NCBI GenBank assembly: GCA_900128565.1
Contig: LT635910.1
Location: 1-64,000, forward strand
DNA from: Stramenopiles sp. TOSAG23-6
Taxonomy: Eukaryota
Reading direction: 5' to 3'
DNA length: 64,000 bases
This document shows, one piece after another, positions 57,445 to 64,000 of the stretch. A program made the translations under genes and the position numbers. The notes under the pieces were generated by a model. That model made no database searches and had not been told where the DNA came from. It saw only the letters and a program-made list of their open reading frames with translations. Each line of letters begins with the position of its first letter. The stretch's first letter is position 1.

Positions 57445-58545
57445 TTACATTTCATTCAAAAGTTTGATTCTTTCTGCTGCTCTTTTACTAATACACAAAG
57501 AGTTGTCTAATTGCAATATGCCAGGCTCTTTAATTAATGACATAGCACATATACTGAAATATGAATGTAGAACATCTGGGTGTAATCCTGGAAGTTTACT
57601 AAATCCTCCAGTCCTTGGACATTGACAGTCATCTATGTGAAATTGTCTCACGGATTCTTCATTGACTAAACTAAAAAAACCAATGAGGGTAATAGTTGCG
57701 CCGACCCAGAAAGAATAACATGTATCTGGTCGCTTATTACGTCTCCCTTGAAATCCACCTACTTGTCTCTCCATGCACCAGCGAAGGAGTGTCGATTTTT
57801 TTGGTAAGTCACTTAATCTATTCATGAGAAATAAAGCAGAAATACTACAATAAGTAGAACCACCATGAGATTCTTGACCGGGCAATAATCCTACACCACT
57901 ATCATAACTCTGACACATATTGATATATTTTACAGCCCTATCTTTATCGATACCATCCCAAGAACCAAGCATTGTACTAATAGCACAAGCACAATATAAA
58001 AAACGCATATCGGATTCACTACCATTTGGGGTGGCAGCAAAACTACCGTCTGTTCGCTGAAGGCACCTCAATGATTTGATTATATGTGTGCGATTAATAC
58101 AGGAAAAGTCGTCACCTAATATGAGAAGGATAGAGAGTGCAAAGTAAGTCATAGCAATATGGTTGGTGTTAAAGTGCGTAGCAAAGTTGCAGTCACATTT
58201 GGGCGAAAATGTAAACCCCATAAAGCTACTACCAATGAAGCCGCACCGGGTGGATAAATCAGTACACGATGAGTGATTTTTACTGCTTCGCTTAGTATTT
58301 TCTGAATCGATTGGACAAATGATTTGTAATGAATACACCCAGTCTATAATTTCTTCCTTACTTTTCAGGCGGTCTAACGCGTCAAGTAAATCCAACGCAG
58401 ATATTGCAAAAAAAGCAAGACTTAAACGATTCGTATCCAAAGAAGTATATGCTGGTGGTAGTACGCTGATACTATTGAGAAAGTACTGTATATGTTTTTC
58501 TCGTAAAAAGTCTTCATTTCGATCCATACAGGACTGTGTCGTCAT
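57445..58545 (-). CDS. PGGT1B: Geranylgeranyltransferase type I beta subunit
   Basis: HIAMTY, ESDMRFLYCAC, ESHGGSTYC, GFQGRRNKRPDTCYSFWVG, PDVLHSY. Confidence 0.92.
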   Translation of the reverse strand: MTTQSCMDRNEDFLREKHIQYFLNSISVLPPAYTSLDTNRLSLAFFAISALDLLDALDRLKSKEEIIDWVYSLQIICPIDSENTKRSSKNHSSCTDLSTRCGFIGSSFMGFTFSPKCDCNFATHFNTNHIAMTYFALSILLILGDDFSCINRTHIIKSLRCLQRTDGSFAATPNGSESDMRFLYCACAISTMLGSWDGIDKDRAVKYINMCQSYDSGVGLLPGQESHGGSTYCSISALFLMNRLSDLPKKSTLLRWCMERQVGGFQGRRNKRPDTCYSFWVGATITLIGFFSLVNEESVRQFHIDDCQCPRTGGFSKLPGLHPDVLHSYFSICAMSLIKEPGILQLDNSLCISKRAAERIKLLNEM

Positions 58546-59115
58546 TTAAATGTATATTAATATTTGAGTAATTTTGTGGGTACCCGTATTTTTGGTAGAA
58601 GTACGAAAGTGATGATTATTGTTGTGTCAGATTCTTGGTTCTGACTTGACCTAAATTAAATTAGCTATTATTACTGAACCTAATCGAAAATTTCAAAATT
58701 TAATTCATGATCTATAAGGATCTATAAACATAAACGATATCAACACAACGTATTAAATCGCGAATAAAAATTTGTATGAGTAAAATGTACTGTAGATAGT
58801 AAGTGATAAAGTTGTAGCTACCAATAATGCATATTTATAGAATTTTTTGAAGCGCCTGGTGCAGTTTATTTTTTACTGCATCTGCGAGTTTTATGTTAGT
58901 ATGTCCTAGTGTTGAATTAAGAGTGGATTTATTAATTTCTTCTTCTTTTTTTTAACCGCTCATGGCGTATTCGACGCAAATTGAGTTTAAGAACATCTTT
59001 AAAAATAAATTTATTTTTCTATTATTCATTTATACAAAAATGACAATTCCTCTTCAACTTATCATGTATTATATTTGTTTCATTTTAATTTCTTTGGACT
59101 TTGATATTTTTTTTT

Positions 59116-61935
59116 TCAAGTGTGTAAACTATGTTGATTGTCATTTTTTAGTAAAATGTCAAATGCTGAATCTTCGGCAACTCTTGCACGTTCAAGACCT
59201 ATCCTTGCATCCTGCCATACTTGTGCTCTAATTGCATCATCATGCACATTGTGTCTAAGTTGTATTGCCCTAGCTTGTCCTTCTGCTAAGCGCTTATTTC
59301 GTGTTGCAATGTCAACATTTGCTTTCAGTAGTCGAATTTCATCTTGTTTTTCGTGTAGTTTAGCTTCAAGAGATGCCATTTGAACTCTCGATTTTTTTTC
59401 CATTATATTCTCAGCTACTTTCATTGATTTCATTTTCTGTCTAACTTTTTCATCTGTAGCAATTTCATTTCTTGTTTTTTGAAGCATTTCTTTACTTGAT
59501 TTGGCACTAATACTACCATCAATACGATATCCATCATTCCAGTTGATACCTCTATTTAAATTAATTCTTGAATTAGAATGATTGATAGTAGCAAATCTTG
59601 CACTCAACTTATTCACTTCTAAACTATCGATTTCCGATTGTTCTCTTAATGCAGCAAGTTCATGCATTAATTCAGTTTCATCATTTTCTTTCCTTTTGTA
59701 ATACGCGTTTGTTTGATCCATATTCATTGTATTGGTATTATGAATTTTGTGTCTATGTAGTGCCTTTGCTGTGTTTTTACTCCGAATTTTCTTTGAACTT
59801 TCAAAATAACCAGTAACATTAATATTATATTCCTCTGCAAGCCTTCTCATCTCACTATCATCACCTTTATTGACATGTCTTTTTTGATTCATTTCATATG
59901 CCTTTTTATGTCTAGCCCGAAGAGCATCTGCGTATTTTTTCCTCTGAGTTACATCTAATTTAGAACGTTTGTCCTTTGATTGTTTTGAACGAGTTACAAT
60001 TTGTTTTTTATCTTCATATTTTTTATTAGATCGACGTTTTCGAAGTTCCCGATGTCGTTTAGCTGTCAATTCTGCCAGAGGTTTGGGTTGCCATTTTGGA
60101 GCTAAGCACCCGCGGCGCTGAATTACATGTGAACTTTTACCAGCACTTAATCGTGAGACATACGTATTTTGTAATGGTTTCAAACGGTTACTCGTGTGTA
60201 CAGTCTCTATTAAATGTACTATGGAATAGTGACCTAATGTTTTTGCAGTCTCCACTAAATCTATTCCACACACATCAATATCAACTGATGCATTAGCTGC
60301 TACTAATTCTTCTGCTATATTGGAAAATCCTCCTAGTACTGCTTCGGTAAGTGGGGTATAAAAACCATCCGGTGTCTTTGTATTGATAGCATGTACGAGT
60401 CCAGGTGCACCATGTAATCTTACAACAGCTTTAATTGTGTCGATATCTCCTCTTTGTGACGCAGTGAGAAGAGTTTTGCCAAGCATTGTATTTTCGTCAT
60501 CTCCGATATCATTATCTCCAATTATGTTCATATTTTCTACAGTGCTATCTTTACTATTCCTCATCAATTCTTCTACTTTCCCAACATCTTGTGCTGCATC
60601 GAATGCATATTTACACAATCTTTCAATCCTCTCTTTTTGAATAGTAAATGCATTCTTCATTGGTGCAACTGAAGGATTTGTAATTGAAAGACCTGCAGTT
60701 TGCAATGCATCTTTAGCGTGAGCAATACGTCGTGCATAATTTGTACCGTATTGTGGTATAGATCTTTCTTCAGCTGCAGCAATATACTGTTTTGCTGGAA
60801 TTAATACACTATGTAACTGTTCAATACAAAACACTTTTAAAATCTTCTGCAGTTGACTTTTATCCTTTGCTTTTTTTATTTTTTCATTGGCTCTTTCAAT
60901 GCGAATTTCTCTTTGTGTGCGATGAGTTGGGCTCTTTGATACTGCATTTGATAATGGAGAAAGTTGTGACTGATTTTGTTTAATCTTTTGATTCATACTT
61001 TGACGTTTCTTATATAAACTCGAACCAGGAAAAGCTTTATAAGAGTGCAATGTATCGCGTACATCGATAAAGGGTTGAATACTAGAAGTTTTTTTTGTTT
61101 TTCCCTGATAATCTGACAAGTTATGTGTATTTGACTTCTTTGGTATTCCTAGTAATTTTCTTACATTATTTTCATGACTATTTACAATTTGGAGTTTCCA
61201 AGGTTTAGCATACGCTCGTTTATTTTGCTTCATTTTAAGCTCAGTTTGCTCTTTCATCCGCTTCTTTTGTTGTAGTTTGCGCTGACTTTCCCAAGTTTTA
61301 GGAATTTCATCAAAATTTTCGTCTTTTTTCTTATGCGATATTTTGATTTCTTTTACTGTTCTTTTACTATCCGATGAATCAAAACTTGGTTTACCATGAA
61401 TATATTTAGGTTTTAATTGTTGTTTCACATTTGAAACCTCAGTAGAATCTTGGTTGTATTTGATAATATTTTTCAAAAGTTTTCGAAACTTTTTTTTTCC
61501 AACAAAAGAGTCATTTGTATTCTTGATAGTCTCTTGAAATGCTTTATGAAGAATTGTTTTTTTAATCAAGGGAAGATATTCAACAAAACATTCTTCTACT
61601 TCACGATATGCGACTTTTCCATTTCCATTGCTGTCGAGTTTCCCCCAAAAAACTCGTAAATGTTTGATGCTTTGTAGAATAACTTCAATATCTTGAGGGA
61701 TATTTTGAAGGATTTTTGTGTTTTTCGTTTTCATGGTAGTATTTTCAAGCTCTACTTTTTTTTTTCTTCTTGATTTGTCTATATTGCTATCAGATTGTTT
61801 ATTTGTGACTTTATTTGAATCATTTTGACTAGTTGTTGCTATATGTTGTTTCTTATCTTGTTTCTTGTCTTGTTTCAATGAAGATACAATATGCTCATGC
61901 ACTTCGTCTTTTGATAAGACTACCGAAGCAGCCAT
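59116..61935 (-). CDS. EF-hand, ankyrin repeat and coiled-coil protein
   Basis: DSNGNGKVAYRE; TPLTEAVLGGFSNIAEELVAANASVD; heptad-rich C-terminus. Confidence 0.8.
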   Translation of the reverse strand: MAASVVLSKDEVHEHIVSSLKQDKKQDKKQHIATTSQNDSNKVTNKQSDSNIDKSRRKKKVELENTTMKTKNTKILQNIPQDIEVILQSIKHLRVFWGKLDSNGNGKVAYREVEECFVEYLPLIKKTILHKAFQETIKNTNDSFVGKKKFRKLLKNIIKYNQDSTEVSNVKQQLKPKYIHGKPSFDSSDSKRTVKEIKISHKKKDENFDEIPKTWESQRKLQQKKRMKEQTELKMKQNKRAYAKPWKLQIVNSHENNVRKLLGIPKKSNTHNLSDYQGKTKKTSSIQPFIDVRDTLHSYKAFPGSSLYKKRQSMNQKIKQNQSQLSPLSNAVSKSPTHRTQREIRIERANEKIKKAKDKSQLQKILKVFCIEQLHSVLIPAKQYIAAAEERSIPQYGTNYARRIAHAKDALQTAGLSITNPSVAPMKNAFTIQKERIERLCKYAFDAAQDVGKVEELMRNSKDSTVENMNIIGDNDIGDDENTMLGKTLLTASQRGDIDTIKAVVRLHGAPGLVHAINTKTPDGFYTPLTEAVLGGFSNIAEELVAANASVDIDVCGIDLVETAKTLGHYSIVHLIETVHTSNRLKPLQNTYVSRLSAGKSSHVIQRRGCLAPKWQPKPLAELTAKRHRELRKRRSNKKYEDKKQIVTRSKQSKDKRSKLDVTQRKKYADALRARHKKAYEMNQKRHVNKGDDSEMRRLAEEYNINVTGYFESSKKIRSKNTAKALHRHKIHNTNTMNMDQTNAYYKRKENDETELMHELAALREQSEIDSLEVNKLSARFATINHSNSRINLNRGINWNDGYRIDGSISAKSSKEMLQKTRNEIATDEKVRQKMKSMKVAENIMEKKSRVQMASLEAKLHEKQDEIRLLKANVDIATRNKRLAEGQARAIQLRHNVHDDAIRAQVWQDARIGLERARVAEDSAFDILLKNDNQHSLHT

Positions 61936-62217
61936 TTAAAGCCTTGAAGTAAGCACTCGATTTGAGATGTTTCATATACTACACTAGCTAGTAACTATAG
62001 TAGGTATCTTGATACTTTTTCACAGTTACAACCCGAATTTAACGGCCCAAAACTGAAAAAAATAATTGGAAAACATTGGAAAAAAGCAAAATAAATCGAT
62101 CTCACTCATCATCGTATACGAGTCAAAAAAATTACCTCAAGTCGGGCTACTCCTGTTCAGTGCCATATTATCTATGAATGATAGTACGATTTATTACATT
62201 TCGCCTTTGATTTAGTA

Positions 62218-64000
62218 ATGTCGTTCCATAACGTTTTCTTTCGTTATGACGGGAGGCGCTTTAAATTAAAAGTTTCTGCAAGTGCGCCTGTACAAGTAGC
62301 GATTCAACAAGCATGTGTGACTGTTGGAGTAAGTTCTTTTACAACTGCTTCTTTGTACCACAAAGGTCGTCTATTAGACCCTGCTAATCCCTGGCGTTTT
62401 GCGTCTGTTCCAAGCAACGCTGAATTAGATTTAGTGGTCATTTCCTCATCATCACGTGTTGGTCATTCTGATGCAAAATATGTCCAGGTCGCTATTCAGC
62501 AAGGTAATAAACGTTTAATGCATAAGTTCAAGAATTCGTCTAGCCTTTCGGAAATTATTGAGTTTTTTTCTCAGCAGCCTGGAACTGTTTGCACGTGGAG
62601 TGATATGGAAGAGCCAACTTTGATTTTCATGCGTCAGGTATATCAAGAAAGAGATTTTCATTCAACTACACTTAATAGTATTGGTGTATTTGAAGGTTCA
62701 ATACTATTTAGAATTCGTCTCCAGCCACGGTCAAATCCTGTACCAAAACATTCTGTCAAAAAGAATTCAATAACTATCCAAGAGACTGAAACAATGAGAG
62801 ATGTTTCCGAAGAGACGTTGACTACAATAGATAGTGTGAAAGACGTATCAACAGATAGTATGAAAAATGTACCAACAAACAATATAACAGATGTTCCAAC
62901 AAACAATATAACAAATGTACCAACAAACAATATAAAAAACGTATCGGAAGAAACATCAATCACACCAATTTCTACTCCCGAGCAAGCATTAGATCAACTA
63001 AGATATGCATGTTTTGATAAAGATGCAAGGGAAACCTTGAGAATATTATTTAAAGTCGTTGATAATATTTTATCTAGACCTGGAGATCTGAAAACTAGAA
63101 AATTAAAACTTTCCAACAAACATGTCAACACTAAAATTGTACAACGAAATGGCGCATTATTATTTTTATCAAGCTTAGGATTTACAAAAGTAGACGGTAT
63201 TCTTATTCTCGATGAAAAAAATGAAGTAAATAGTGTATTGCAACGTGGTAGACAACTATTGGAAAAACATGCAAATGATCTTGGAATGAAAATACCTGCA
63301 ATGCCTTCTCAGCGTATGTATCCTACAGAAGTAGCTGCAGCTGCAGCTATAGCTCTAGAAAACTTTGATCCATTTTCATCAAAAATATCTCGTGTAACTC
63401 CTCAATTTCGTGGTGCATCTAAAACTGATCGAGAAGTTTCAAAACTGTTGCATAAACAACAGGAAATCTTAGGTAGTAGTTCCGGTAGATTAAGTGTTCG
63501 ACCACCTGATCGTTGTATAAAGATATACTTTACTTGTACACATAAAACAACAACAAATAGTACATTACATTTGTCTACTATGCCACCAGCGTTAGCATCA
63601 GCCTCAATGACAGATAGCCCATTAAGTGATAGTCAATTAATTTTCAGTGAAATGTCACGACGTAGAGAAGATGCAAAAAAAAGTCGTCAACTTCGTACAA
63701 AAAATATGCGAGATTTGGATAAACTCCGAAAGGTGAAATTATTCACCAAATCTTTGATTCGTGTTAATTTCCCGAGTGATGACATATCTCGACGTATTTC
63801 ATTGGAAGCTGTATTTCATCCTCATGAAAACGTTGATGCTGTTATTAAAGTAATAGAAACTTCACTATATAAGACTTCTTCTTTAGATGTTGATGAAACA
63901 CCTTTTGAGTTATATATTTCACCACCAAGAACAAAACTAATTCATAATAAAACACTTGAATCCTATGGACTTGTACCAGCTGCAATAATTTATTTATCCT
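62218..64000 (+). CDS. ASPSCR1: TUG/ASPSCR1 (UBX4-like) protein with PUB and UBX domains; runs off the right edge and is absent from the ORF track
   Basis: My translation gives MSFHNVFFRYDGRRFKLKV...LDPANPWRFASVPSNAELDL (TUG-UBL1), KVVDNILSRPGDLKTRKLKLSN...LSSLGF (PUB) and LIRVNFP...EAVFHPHE (UBX). Confidence 0.85.
   Translation, partial: MSFHNVFFRYDGRRFKLKVSASAPVQVAIQQACVTVGVSSFTTASLYHKGRLLDPANPWRFASVPSNAELDLVVISSSSRVGHSDAKYVQVAIQQGNKRLMHKFKNSSSLSEIIEFFSQQPGTVCTWSDMEEPTLIFMRQVYQERDFHSTTLNSIGVFEGSILFRIRLQPRSNPVPKHSVKKNSITIQETETMRDVSEETLTTIDSVKDVSTDSMKNVPTNNITDVPTNNITNVPTNNIKNVSEETSITPISTPEQALDQLRYACFDKDARETLRILFKVVDNILSRPGDLKTRKLKLSNKHVNTKIVQRNGALLFLSSLGFTKVDGILILDEKNEVNSVLQRGRQLLEKHANDLGMKIPAMPSQRMYPTEVAAAAAIALENFDPFSSKISRVTPQFRGASKTDREVSKLLHKQQEILGSSSGRLSVRPPDRCIKIYFTCTHKTTTNSTLHLSTMPPALASASMTDSPLSDSQLIFSEMSRRREDAKKSRQLRTKNMRDLDKLRKVKLFTKSLIRVNFPSDDISRRISLEAVFHPHENVDAVIKVIETSLYKTSSLDVDETPFELYISPPRTKLIHNKTLESYGLVPAAIIYLS
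62800..62950 (+). repeat. Degenerate coding tandem repeat, 24-bp unit
   Basis: Units such as gatgttccaacaaacaatataaca (DVPTNNIT). Confidence 0.75.

Overview
AT-rich, gene-dense eukaryotic DNA with standard code and short intergenic gaps. The gene set suggests a protist, possibly a stramenopile (inference only); N runs and local anomalies suggest a draft or single-cell assembly. About 29 protein genes are supported, including MDH, a JmjC protein, LTO1, BAR-SH3, FAM32A, a nitrilase-family hydrolase, CLC, ATM, SLC25, SSADH, EMC8/9, RRP45, SLC35B1, SEC22, PAT1, GGTase-I beta and TUG/ASPSCR1. The main finding is an apparently AG-independent intron system. Eleven complete introns can be inferred, all with U2-like GTAY donors. 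Only 2 end in AG; 7 end in AT, 1 in TT and 1 in CT (or AT). In all 11, cutting exactly 7 nt after a TTCAC-like motif restores the reading frame, and in SSADH and ATM it restores conserved motifs. The introns share internal sequence (a TACCTAAC core, and identical 21-nt starts in two unrelated genes), suggesting an introner-like family. The same core also occurs in exons, a 3' flank and a MITE-like element. All junctions are inferred from DNA alone and need RNA confirmation.
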